Source: an uncultured Sphingobacteriales bacterium (lineage in GTDB: Bacteria; Bacteroidota; Bacteroidia; Chitinophagales; Chitinophagaceae). Taken from it: a DNA stretch of 64,000 nucleotides. The stretch is taken from assembly GCA_937991535.1 (NCBI GenBank), contig CALKHN010000013.1, positions 1 to 64,000 of the forward strand, written 5' to 3'. The notes beneath the pieces were generated by a model. The model was not told the origin of the DNA. It saw only the letters and a list, made by a program, of their open reading frames with translations, and did no database searches. The stretch's first letter is position 1. Every line of letters begins with the position of its first letter. This document shows, in pieces, positions 17,536-27,181 of this stretch. The position numbers were made by a program, and so were the translations under genes.

Positions 17536-18595
17536 CTGGATAAAAGATAATGGGTTATTGGTATTTGAAGCCATCACCGGTAGTCGGGCGTATGGGTTGG
17601 ATACTCCAAAATCTGACACAGATATTAGAGGAGTATTTGTATTACCCAAAAATATGTTTTATGGATTGGAATATACCGGGCAGGTTAATAATGCTACCAA
17701 TGATATTGTGTACTATGAATTGAAAAGATTTATAGAGTTGCTTTCAAAAAACAACCCGAATATACTGGAAATGCTGAATACACCAGAAAGCTGCGTATTG
17801 CAAAAACATTCAATAATGGACGGGATGAAGCCTGCACTTTTTCTGTCTAAGCTGTGCAAGAAAACTTTTGCTAACTATGCTTATACACAAATAAAAAAAG
17901 CATATGGATTGGAAAAGAAGATAGTGAATCCTGTGGGCGAAGAAAAAAAATCGGTATTGGATTTTTGTTTTGTGCATGAGGAGAATGAAGCTGTAGGATT
18001 AAAAGAATATATGAAGGAGAAAAATTTACGCCAAGAGAAAATGGGATTGACTGCTATAGCACATATGCGGGATTGCTACAATTTGTTTTATTCGGATGAC
18101 TTGCCATATTCCGGTATAATGAGAAAGGAAGAGTCGAATGAAGTATGCTTGAGCAGTGTACCCAAAAATGAAAAGCCCATAGCTATGCTTTATTTTAACA
18201 AGGATGGCTACTCAGTATACTGTAAGAAATACAAAGAATACTGGGGGTGGGTAGAAAAAAGAAGCGAGGAGCGATATCAAACAACCATGACCCATGGCAA
18301 GAATTATGATTCAAAAAGCATGATGCATGTATTCAGATTATTATTGATGGCAAGGGAAATAGCTACAGAAAGAAGGGTCAATGTTTGGCGGAAAGACAGG
18401 GAATTCCTGTTATCTATAAAAGAAGGAAAATTTGAGTACGATGAATTGTTGCAAAAAGCAGAAGCCTTAAAAGATGAGTTGCCAATCTTATATCAAAATT
18501 CGGATTTGAAAGCAGAACCGGATATTGACGTAATTGATGCCCTATTAATAAAAATGAGAGGAATGTATTACAATGAAGTAAAGGATCATCAGTGA
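17516..18595 (+). CDS. Pol-beta superfamily nucleotidyltransferase, paralog of the preceding gene
   Basis: GSRAYGLDTPKSDTDIRGV motif. 359 aa. Start overlaps the upstream gene by 20 nt. Confidence 0.65.
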   Translation: MQKLTIDWIKDNGLLVFEAITGSRAYGLDTPKSDTDIRGVFVLPKNMFYGLEYTGQVNNATNDIVYYELKRFIELLSKNNPNILEMLNTPESCVLQKHSIMDGMKPALFLSKLCKKTFANYAYTQIKKAYGLEKKIVNPVGEEKKSVLDFCFVHEENEAVGLKEYMKEKNLRQEKMGLTAIAHMRDCYNLFYSDDLPYSGIMRKEESNEVCLSSVPKNEKPIAMLYFNKDGYSVYCKKYKEYWGWVEKRSEERYQTTMTHGKNYDSKSMMHVFRLLLMAREIATERRVNVWRKDREFLLSIKEGKFEYDELLQKAEALKDELPILYQNSDLKAEPDIDVIDALLIKMRGMYYNEVKDHQ

Positions 18596-18748
18596 GCCGA
18601 AACCCCGAACGGAGCGTCGCAACAAAAGTACGATCAGTGCTCAAAAGCTGGTACAAAAAATCATAAAGTCACAAAAACTCCGGGCTCACAAAACAGCCCT
18701 TTGTGTTACCCCGTGTTATGTGCCTCCGTGGTTCAAAAAAGAAAAACA

Positions 18749-20188
18749 ATGAGCAAATTAAAAATAACAGGAAAAGAATTACGCGCTACCGGCTACCCGC
18801 AGGGCCCGGTGATCAGCGTGGCAATGAATGTGATGCAGAAACATTACAAGCATCACACAAAAGAGAAAGTGATGGAAATATTGAAGCGTGTATTGGAAAG
18901 CCCGGTACAATATAAAGATGATGTCGTATTGGCAGTGATAGCGGAGCAATTATTGCCCAAAGCGCCAAAAGAGGACGCAACAATTTCATTGAACAACCAG
19001 GGTATTCCGTTCAATGTATTCGGACAGGAACACATTGAAGAAGGCGCCCTGCACCAGATGTATGTCGCGGCTAAATTGCCGGTGGCAGTTGCGGGCGCAT
19101 TGATGCCTGATGCACACAGCGGTTATGGCTTGCCGATAGGCGGTGTTCTGGCAACGGATAACGCCGTGATACCGTATGGCGTGGGAGTGGACATTGGCTG
19201 CCGCATGTGCCTGAGTGTTTTCGATATCAATCCAAAAGAGCTTACGCAGCGGGAAACTTCTTTTGCAAGGGAATTAAATGAAGCCACCCTTTTTGGAAGC
19301 GGCGCACAGTTTGACCGGGCATCAGATCATGAAGTAATGGAACATGCCGCATTTTATGAAATGCCTTTGCTGAAAAGTTTGCACGAACGCGCATGGAAAC
19401 AATTGGGATCTTCCGGAAGTGGCAATCATTTCGTGGAGTTTGGCATAGTGGATATTGCAGAAAAGGATCCGGTACTGGGCATTGAACCCGGAAGTTATGT
19501 GGGATTGTTATCGCATTCCGGTTCCAGGGCGCTGGGTGCTACTATTGCAAATCATTATACTAAAATTGCGATCAGCAAAAGACGTTTACCACAGGATGCA
19601 AAAAATCTGGCGTGGTTGAATATGGATGAAGAAGCAGGAATAGAATACTGGATCGCCATGAACCTGGCGGGTGATTATGCTTCTGCATGTCATCACATTA
19701 TTCACGAAAAAATTTCGAAACAGTTAGGACGTAAACCTCTTAAGAGGATAGAGAATCACCACAACTTTGCATGGAAGGAACAATGGGAAGGTAAGGAGGT
19801 AATTGTACACCGTAAAGGCGCTACACCTGCCGGAAAGGATGTATTGGGCATCATTCCCGGCTCTATGACAGCGGATGGGTATATTGTAAAAGGGAAAGGC
19901 GAACCGGCGGCTGTTAACTCGGCTTCCCACGGCGCAGGAAGGTTGATGAGCCGTACCAGAGCAATGCAGTCCATTACCGAAAATGCATTGAAGCAGGAAC
20001 TGAAAAAGCATAGCGTGAAGCTGATCGGCGGAGGGCTGGATGAAGCGCCTTTCGCCTATAAGGATATTCATGTGGTAATGCAAAGTCAGCGGCAGTTGGT
20101 AGATGTGGTGGGAAGATTCACTCCCAGAATCGTAAAAATGGACGGCGCAAAGCATAAAACATGGGGAAAGAAGACAAGAGAAATGTAG
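18749..20188 (+). CDS. rtcB: RNA-splicing ligase RtcB (3'-phosphate/5'-hydroxyl RNA ligase), long form (~479 aa)
   Basis: NHHN (IENHHNFAWKE), SHGAGR (ASHGAGRLMSR) and several His/Cys metal ligands. The ORF-track start is a TTG at 18701. The ATG at 18749 (MSKLKITGKEL) is preferred. Confidence 0.9.
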   Translation: MSKLKITGKELRATGYPQGPVISVAMNVMQKHYKHHTKEKVMEILKRVLESPVQYKDDVVLAVIAEQLLPKAPKEDATISLNNQGIPFNVFGQEHIEEGALHQMYVAAKLPVAVAGALMPDAHSGYGLPIGGVLATDNAVIPYGVGVDIGCRMCLSVFDINPKELTQRETSFARELNEATLFGSGAQFDRASDHEVMEHAAFYEMPLLKSLHERAWKQLGSSGSGNHFVEFGIVDIAEKDPVLGIEPGSYVGLLSHSGSRALGATIANHYTKIAISKRRLPQDAKNLAWLNMDEEAGIEYWIAMNLAGDYASACHHIIHEKISKQLGRKPLKRIENHHNFAWKEQWEGKEVIVHRKGATPAGKDVLGIIPGSMTADGYIVKGKGEPAAVNSASHGAGRLMSRTRAMQSITENALKQELKKHSVKLIGGGLDEAPFAYKDIHVVMQSQRQLVDVVGRFTPRIVKMDGAKHKTWGKKTREM

Positions 20189-20387
20189 CAGGGCTGCAAG
20201 CTGAATGGTGTTAAAAACAAGCGCTGTGCATCTCAGTGCCACCGCACCTCCCTGGTTCAACCCAAAAAATAAACCAAATTACAGACACAACCAGGTATAC
20301 TTTCCCGGCAAAAAGAAATGCCCATCAAAAAGTACATTGCGAATAACAATTTGCAACGATTTCACGCATCGCACAAGCAGGCAGCAC

Positions 20388-21284
20388 CTACCTGTGCTGT
20401 TCATAATAATTTACCGGGATAGATGCGCGTAAAAAAATCATTTCATTATCTGTAAGCAATGGCGTATGCGTGGCAGCAACAATATCGTTCAATTGTTCCA
20501 TCGTTCTAACACCAACAATGGCGGCAGTAATGGGCTGTTGCTGCAACGCAAACCGGATGGCAGTTTGGGAAGGATTTCGGTTCATGCCGGAAATAGCGTG
20601 CACAGCAGACTGGGCTTTGTACACTTCATCTTCTGTATAATTTAAGTATGTTTTTGCCGGTTTATTTACCAGCAGTCCCCCGGCAAGGCTTCCCCGCGCC
20701 AGTACAGCTATATCATTCGACTGCAGGAGCGGGAAACAGGTTTCTTCAGGGCGCCGGTCCAATACACTGTATTGCATCATTACGCTGACTATATGAGATC
20801 GCTGTACATATTCCCCGATTACATTAGGACGTATAGACGAAATACCGTAATACCGTATTTTACCTGCTGCCTGTAAGCTTTCAAAAGCTTCTATGGTTTC
20901 GTCTATTGGGTCGCCAATAGTACCTCCGTGCAACTGGTAAAGATCAATATAATCCGTGTTTAACCTTTTTAAACTTTGTTCCACAGCCGAAATAATATAG
21001 TGCTTATAAGGGTTCCATTCCCAACCACTGCCATCGGGCCGCCATTTATTGCCTACCTTGGTGGCTAAAATAACTTTATCTCTTTTTCCCTGCAGGGCTT
21101 TACCAACGGTAGTTTCGTTCAGCCCTTTCTGGTACATATCGGCCGTATCAAAATAATTTAATCCGCCTTCAATTGCACTATGTATGAGGCGTGCGTTGTT
21201 TGTATCGCTATCGGTCAGGGACATACAACCAAAGCCAACCTCGCTTATGGTTAATGACGATTTCCCTAAAAGGTGATAATTCAT
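20388..21284 (-). CDS. Aldo/keto reductase
   Basis: AKR signature motifs (GxD, DxY, K) and (α/β)8-barrel length. Confidence 0.85.
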   Translation of the reverse strand: MNYHLLGKSSLTISEVGFGCMSLTDSDTNNARLIHSAIEGGLNYFDTADMYQKGLNETTVGKALQGKRDKVILATKVGNKWRPDGSGWEWNPYKHYIISAVEQSLKRLNTDYIDLYQLHGGTIGDPIDETIEAFESLQAAGKIRYYGISSIRPNVIGEYVQRSHIVSVMMQYSVLDRRPEETCFPLLQSNDIAVLARGSLAGGLLVNKPAKTYLNYTEDEVYKAQSAVHAISGMNRNPSQTAIRFALQQQPITAAIVGVRTMEQLNDIVAATHTPLLTDNEMIFLRASIPVNYYEQHR

Positions 21285-21397
21285 ATCCGTTCTTTTAATT
21301 ATACAAAGTTCAAATTCCTGGACACAAAGGCCAAACAGAATTCCAGAAATACACGGACTGCTATTATTTTGAAATGATTGTAATTAACTTTACCATT

Positions 21398-22681
21398 ATG
21401 CAAATTGACAAACTCTATCAATTGTTTCTTCAATATCCTTCGGTTCAGACAGATACCAGGAAGCTAAAAAAAGATGATATTTTTTTCGCGTTAAAAGGCC
21501 CGAATTTTAATGGCAATCTTTTTGCAAAGCAGGCGCTTGAAAAAGGCGCCGCGTATATAATAGTAGACGAGCCGCCCGGTTTTAAAGATAAAAGGATCAT
21601 ACTTGCGGATGATGTGCTAACTACGCTGCAGCAACTGGCAGGCTACCACCGTGGTCAGTTTGCCATTCCTTTTTTGGCTATTACGGGAAGCAATGGCAAA
21701 ACCACCACTAAAGAACTGGTTCATGCAGTGCTTTCATCCACCTATAAAACTTATACAACCCGGGGAAACCTTAACAACCATATAGGAATACCGCTTACCA
21801 TCCTGGATATTAAGCCTGATGCAGAAATGGGGATCATTGAAATGGGTGCTAACCATCTTAAAGAGATTGAAGGTTACTGCAAATACACCGAACCTACACA
21901 TGGTATTATTACCAATTGCGGAAAAGCGCACCTTGAAGGTTTTGGAAGCATAGAAGGGGTTAGAAAGGCCAAAGGCGAACTGTATGATTACCTGAAACTC
22001 CACGACGGCACAGCCTTCGTAATGTGGGATTATGATTACCTGAGGGAAATGAGCAAAGGCATACCTCACATTTTTACCTATGGAACTTCGGGATCTGAAG
22101 TAGTAGGTGATATATATGCAACAGATCCTTTTTTGGAAGTGGTCTTAATGAAAAAAAACGCAAAGGCTATCATCCGTTCTGCTCTGGTTGGAGATTATAA
22201 CCTTCCAAATATACTTGCTGCCGTAGCTGCAGGCAGATATTTTAATGTTAAGGAAGATAAAATAAAAGCAGCCATTGAAGCATACCATCCATCCAACAGC
22301 AGGTCTCAATTAATACATAAAGGAAATAATAAAATTATTTTAGACGCTTATAATGCCAACCCCAGCAGCATGAAAGCAGCTATAGAAAATTTTGCGGGAA
22401 CCGCAGGCAGCAATAAGATACTTGTATTGGGCGCTATGATGGAATTAGGAAAAGAAAGCATAAAAGAACATGAAGACCTTACGGAACTGCTAAAGCATTA
22501 TTTATGGAAAGAAGTAATATTGGTTGGTGGCGATTTTGCCTTTATCACACATCCTTTCAGGTTTTTTAATACCGCACAGGAAGCAAGAGAGTGGCTCTTG
22601 CAACACCCGGCAGAAAATAGTGTATATCTTGTAAAAGGATCACGCAGCATGCAGATGGAGATCATTGCGGATGCATTATGA
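21398..22681 (+). CDS. murF: UDP-N-acetylmuramoyl-tripeptide--D-alanyl-D-alanine ligase MurF
   Basis: ITGSNGKTTTKE P-loop. Mur ligase middle and C-terminal domain patterns. Confidence 0.85.
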   Translation: MQIDKLYQLFLQYPSVQTDTRKLKKDDIFFALKGPNFNGNLFAKQALEKGAAYIIVDEPPGFKDKRIILADDVLTTLQQLAGYHRGQFAIPFLAITGSNGKTTTKELVHAVLSSTYKTYTTRGNLNNHIGIPLTILDIKPDAEMGIIEMGANHLKEIEGYCKYTEPTHGIITNCGKAHLEGFGSIEGVRKAKGELYDYLKLHDGTAFVMWDYDYLREMSKGIPHIFTYGTSGSEVVGDIYATDPFLEVVLMKKNAKAIIRSALVGDYNLPNILAAVAAGRYFNVKEDKIKAAIEAYHPSNSRSQLIHKGNNKIILDAYNANPSSMKAAIENFAGTAGSNKILVLGAMMELGKESIKEHEDLTELLKHYLWKEVILVGGDFAFITHPFRFFNTAQEAREWLLQHPAENSVYLVKGSRSMQMEIIADAL

Positions 22682-22757
22682 AGCTTATTATTGCACTTTT
22701 CAGATTTTTAATCGCTGATATTTGGCGAAGAATTGAGACCTTTGCAAAAACCCCCGA

Positions 22758-23225
22758 ATGAGCACAGAAGAAAGGAGACCAGGTTATTTTTTATCGGTAT
22801 TGGATAATCGTTGCCCGCGTTGCCGCCGGGGTGTAATTTTTAAAAGCAGTAGCCCGTATAAATTAAAAACGGCTCTTAAAATGCATTCTGCCTGCCCGGT
22901 TTGCGGGCAGCCCACCGAAATTGAAGTAGGCTTTTATTACGGCACTGCTTATGTAAGCTACGGGCTCACTGTAAGTTTTAGTATATTTACTTTTATTGCC
23001 TGGTGGCTGCTCATCGGCTTTTCTGTTCAGGAGGGTGATTTTCGCTTATTATGGTGGGGCATTACCAATGCCGTTTTATTGATTGTGCTGCAGCCCATAT
23101 TCATGCGCCTGTCGCGCAGTCTCTGGCTTTCGTGGTTTGTAAAATATGATCCCAACTGGAAAATTAACCATATTGCAAAAGAAACCGTGGAGCGCATTGT
23201 TCCCGAACAAATGAATAACTGGTAA
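22758..23225 (+). CDS. DUF983-like zinc-ribbon membrane protein
   Basis: CPRCRRG...CPVCGQ zinc ribbon followed by two TM helices. Confidence 0.5.
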   Translation: MSTEERRPGYFLSVLDNRCPRCRRGVIFKSSSPYKLKTALKMHSACPVCGQPTEIEVGFYYGTAYVSYGLTVSFSIFTFIAWWLLIGFSVQEGDFRLLWWGITNAVLLIVLQPIFMRLSRSLWLSWFVKYDPNWKINHIAKETVERIVPEQMNNW

Positions 23226-23444
23226 AGTTTAAAGGAGTAACCCGTAATAAGCGGCGGATTCATAAAATCAGTCTTTTTTAATTTACATCATATTAATCGT
23301 ATGCGTCTGCCGGCAGTATCATGCCTATCACCGGGAATATAACAACAGTAAACTTATTTCCATTTCTTATATTAGCAATCTATAACGATTGTGTGGCAGC
23401 AGGTGATGAAGCAAATCAAATTCAACAATTCACTTTAATAAATT

Positions 23445-24758
23445 ATGACACTGCTTATTATCGCCGGCTGTATTCTGCTGCTTGTATTGCTTATTACCTG
23501 GGGAAAAACCAATGCCTTCCTGGCTTTTTTAATAGTATCCTTACTTGCCGGGGGGCTGTTGGGCATTCCGCTAAACAAACTGGCAGTAGCCGTAGAAAAA
23601 GGAATGGGCGATACTTTGGGAGCGCTGACCGGGGTAATTATGATGGGGGCTATGCTGGGAAAACTGGTTGCCGAAAGCGGCGCAGCGCAGCAAATCGCTT
23701 CTTCCTTAATGAAAGTTTTTGGCGTAAAGTATATCCAGTGGGCTTTAATGATCACTGGTTTTGTGATAGGCATACCCTTGTTTTATAATGTTGGCTTTGT
23801 ATTAATGGTTCCCCTTATTTTTTCTGTTGCCTACCAGTTCAAATTACCGGCAGTGTATATCGGGTTGCCCATGCTGGCTTCCTTATCGGTTACTCACGGA
23901 TATCTGCCGCCGCACCCTGCACCTGCTGCACTTGTAGCGCAATTCAACGCGAATATGGGATTGACGCTATTGTATGGTATGGCGGTTGCTATCCCTGCCA
24001 TCATTATTGCCGGCCCTCTGTATGCCAAAACGCTAAAAAAGATCGTTTCAGTTCCTTTGCAAACTTTTAAACCTGTTGTACTACCGGAAGAAAGCCTGCC
24101 GGGACTTGCTAATAGCCTTTTGTCTTCTTTATTACCTGTTGTATTACTCATTGCCACAACGATTATACCTTTTGTTTCTCCTTCATCTGAACTGCTGGGC
24201 AACATCTCTGCCTTTTTTGGTAATGCGATGATCGTTATGCTTATAGCCCTTATCGTTGCTACCTTTTCCCTGGGTGTGTCAACAGGTATGCCCATGAAAA
24301 AAATAATGAGTGTATATGAAAGCGCGGTAAAAGATGTGGCCATGATATTGCTGATCATTGCAGGAGCCGGCGCATTCAAAGAAGTACTTACGGCGAGCGG
24401 TGTAAGTAACGAGATCGCGCAGGCGCTGCAACACTGGACATTGCATCCTTTGTTGCTTGCCTGGATTATTGCCGCCATCATACGGGTTTGCATCGGTTCG
24501 GCTACTGTAGCCGGGCTTACCACTGCAGGCATTGTTGCCCCAATTGTTATGCAGGGAGATGTAGATCCCAACCTTATGGTTTTATCTATCGGTGCAGGCA
24601 GTTTAATGTTTTCGCATGTAAACGACGGAGGATTCTGGTTGTTTAAAGAATACTTTAACCTGAGTGTAAAAGATACTATTCGCTCGTGGTCAGTGATGGA
24701 AACAATTGTGGCTATAGTAGGACTTGGCGGGGTAATGCTACTGAGTATGTTTGTGTAG
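23445..24758 (+). CDS. GntP family gluconate:H+ symporter
   Basis: 12-13 TM permease. N-terminal region conserved across GntP/GntT transporters. Confidence 0.85.
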   Translation: MTLLIIAGCILLLVLLITWGKTNAFLAFLIVSLLAGGLLGIPLNKLAVAVEKGMGDTLGALTGVIMMGAMLGKLVAESGAAQQIASSLMKVFGVKYIQWALMITGFVIGIPLFYNVGFVLMVPLIFSVAYQFKLPAVYIGLPMLASLSVTHGYLPPHPAPAALVAQFNANMGLTLLYGMAVAIPAIIIAGPLYAKTLKKIVSVPLQTFKPVVLPEESLPGLANSLLSSLLPVVLLIATTIIPFVSPSSELLGNISAFFGNAMIVMLIALIVATFSLGVSTGMPMKKIMSVYESAVKDVAMILLIIAGAGAFKEVLTASGVSNEIAQALQHWTLHPLLLAWIIAAIIRVCIGSATVAGLTTAGIVAPIVMQGDVDPNLMVLSIGAGSLMFSHVNDGGFWLFKEYFNLSVKDTIRSWSVMETIVAIVGLGGVMLLSMFV

Positions 24759-24913
24759 AAAGGTTTGAGGTATCAGCCTTCAGCACTCAGCTATCAGGTA
24801 CTAACGATAGGATAAGTACTTCTCTTTGTGCTGGTAATGGATAGCTACTTGCTCACAGCCTCCTTGTCTCTTGCTATTTGGTTCCTGGTGCTTTGTATTT
24901 CTTTGGGCCAACT

Positions 24914-25687
24914 CTATTCTTTTTTCTTCAATTTTTCGAGGGCCATTTTTGTAAAGGAACTCATTACCAGCTTGCCGCTGATAGCGGCCCGCTGATATAA
25001 TACCGTATCCCAATTTTCAGATCCTTCCCACAACACCGTCTTTAACCCCGCAACGGCTTCCGAAGAAGAATGAGCCAGATCATTGGATAAACGTTGTATA
25101 GATTCATCCATACTTTGCGCAGTGGGGTGCAGTTCGGCATATAAACCATGTCTTCTCGCCCAGTCTGCAGGGCGCCACATACCGGCATCAATAGCCAGTT
25201 GGCTAAAAGCGCTCAACCCTATTTTTCTTTCTATCGCCGGGCCTACCACAAAAGGTCCAAGACCTATTGACAATTCACTCAGCTTCACATCGGCGCCTTC
25301 CAAAGCAATAGCATAATCAGCCGCTGCTGCAAGCCCCAAACCGCCACCAACACATTTGCCCTGTATTCGTGCTATAATTAATTTAGGGCATCGCCGCATG
25401 GCATTGATTACATTAGCAAAGCCACTGAAAAATTTTTTGCCCTCTTCAGCAGTCGTAATGGCCAGTAATTCTTTAAACGAGGCGCCGGCGCAAAATGCGC
25501 CAGTGTCACCCGATCGTAAAATAATGACTTTCGTTTCTTTCTCCAGTCCGGTGCTGTGTATTTCGTGGCTAAGATCATTTAATATAGCTGCCGGTAAGGA
25601 ATTGCTTTGCGGATGAAAAAATTCAATAACCGTTATTTCTTTTTGACGTTCAACCTTTACATACCCTTCCTGTATTTCATGTATCAT
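24914..25687 (-). CDS. Enoyl-CoA hydratase/isomerase (crotonase) family protein
   Basis: AFCAG oxyanion-hole motif. Crotonase-fold length. Confidence 0.8.
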   Translation of the reverse strand: MIHEIQEGYVKVERQKEITVIEFFHPQSNSLPAAILNDLSHEIHSTGLEKETKVIILRSGDTGAFCAGASFKELLAITTAEEGKKFFSGFANVINAMRRCPKLIIARIQGKCVGGGLGLAAAADYAIALEGADVKLSELSIGLGPFVVGPAIERKIGLSAFSQLAIDAGMWRPADWARRHGLYAELHPTAQSMDESIQRLSNDLAHSSSEAVAGLKTVLWEGSENWDTVLYQRAAISGKLVMSSFTKMALEKLKKKE

Positions 25688-25792
25688 ACTGTTATTGAAT
25701 TGTAACACAAATTACTAAAATTAAAGAAGCGTAGTATCTTCCGCTTTACCTTTGCGGTAATCATTATACAGGTAATCTTTATATATTGGCGT

Positions 25793-26251
25793 ATGATAAA
25801 AATATTTGTTTCCGTTATTGTGGTGATAATGACCATGGCCTGCAATAGCCATAGTGGCAGTTCCGGCAACGAAGAACAGCAGAACAACTCATCCATTCCC
25901 AAAACGCTTTCAGACAGCTTATACAAAGCGGCAATGGAAGGACACGATGCCGGAATGGCAAAAATGGGTGAAATAGCCCGTTACCAGAAACGGGTAAAAC
26001 AGAAAATAGATTCAGTGGCGGATCAAAAAAACAAAGCACAGCTTCAACCACCATTGGATTCCGCACTGCAGGGCCTTACTTATGCGGAGGAGCTGATGAA
26101 CCGGTGGATGCAGAATTTTGATCCCGATAAAGCAGGCAATTCCGAAGCGGAGAAGGTTGGTTATTACAGGAGCGAAAAAGAAAAAATAGATACCGTTAAT
26201 GCGCAGATCTTTAAAAGCATTGAAAATGCAAAGCAATTGCTGAATGAATAG
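25793..26251 (+). CDS. Hypothetical lipoprotein
   Basis: Signal peptide with a Cys lipobox (MTMAC). No recognisable domain. Confidence 0.4.
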   Translation: MIKIFVSVIVVIMTMACNSHSGSSGNEEQQNNSSIPKTLSDSLYKAAMEGHDAGMAKMGEIARYQKRVKQKIDSVADQKNKAQLQPPLDSALQGLTYAEELMNRWMQNFDPDKAGNSEAEKVGYYRSEKEKIDTVNAQIFKSIENAKQLLNE

Positions 26252-26426
26252 CTGGTTGATTAACCCGTTAACATGAGTTTTGGATGTTATCAGTTTAAAG
26301 CCTAACATTCGTTACTTTACGCCCGCTCCCATTTTCAAACCAGCTTGCCGGCTGGCAGGTTTTCAAATCATCACATTTTCACATTTCTGCTCCCTTGCAC
26401 CTTGTAACCTGCGACTTGTAATCCAC

Positions 26427-27011
26427 TTACTGCTTACCACTCTTCTTATCCACTTCTTTGCAGAGCGCGGTAAAAATCTCATCAATGCTGCCCTCCCCTT
26501 TTACCTGTTTTACTTTATCAAATTTTTTATAATAGTCTGCGACAGCCGATGTTTTTTTATGATATTCCGCTATCCTTGCACGAATAACCGTTTCATTGGT
26601 ATCATCGCTGCGGCCAGAAGTTTTGCCCCTGTTAAGCAGGCGCGACACCAGCTCTTCCTCGCTCACTTCTAATGCAAGCATAAGATGTATGCTTGTTTTT
26701 TTGAGTTTAAGCAGCTTATCTAAGGCTTCGGCCTGTGCTTCTGTACGCGGAAACCCATCAAATAAAAAGCCGGCAGCTTCCGGATTGGCATCTAATGCTG
26801 AACTGATCATGCCAATTACCACTTCATCAGGAACCAATTGACCCTTGTCCATAAAATTCTTCGCTTCCAGTCCCAGGGGTGTTTGACCGGCAATTTCACT
26901 GCGAAGCAAATCCCCGGTAGAAAGGTGCTTTAACCCGTATTTTGAGATCAGTTTTTCAGATTGCGTGCCCTTACCACTCCCGGGAGGGCCAAATAAAATC
27001 AAATTAAACAT
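26427..27011 (-). CDS. adk: Adenylate kinase
   Basis: GPPGSGKGTQ P-loop and a LID domain. Confidence 0.95.
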   Translation of the reverse strand: MFNLILFGPPGSGKGTQSEKLISKYGLKHLSTGDLLRSEIAGQTPLGLEAKNFMDKGQLVPDEVVIGMISSALDANPEAAGFLFDGFPRTEAQAEALDKLLKLKKTSIHLMLALEVSEEELVSRLLNRGKTSGRSDDTNETVIRARIAEYHKKTSAVADYYKKFDKVKQVKGEGSIDEIFTALCKEVDKKSGKQ

Positions 27012-27181
27012 GTACTTATTAACCTTGGGTGAGGGGCAAATATAAAGGAACAGCTTTAAAATTCTCTTAACATTTGCAGGAAATATGGAACAGGAGGCGT
27101 TATTTTCTTAACTTCCTGCCTCAGAAGTTTTCGTTAATACCAAATAAATAATCTTGGCTTCTCCCTTAACAGAGGGTAATT

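Noticed and set aside
20189-20387. Direct repeat of a tRNA 3' end (attR) bounding the island after RtcB
   Set aside because: Only a weak TGGTTCAACCC resemblance to GGGTTCGAATCCC. Not convincing as an att copy.
23321-24571. ORFs 23321..23788(+), 23435..23773(-) and 23894..24571(-) overlapping the GntP permease gene
   Set aside because: Alternative-frame and antisense ORFs inside a well-supported 437 aa GntP permease with low-complexity Ala/Gly-rich translations. Spurious.
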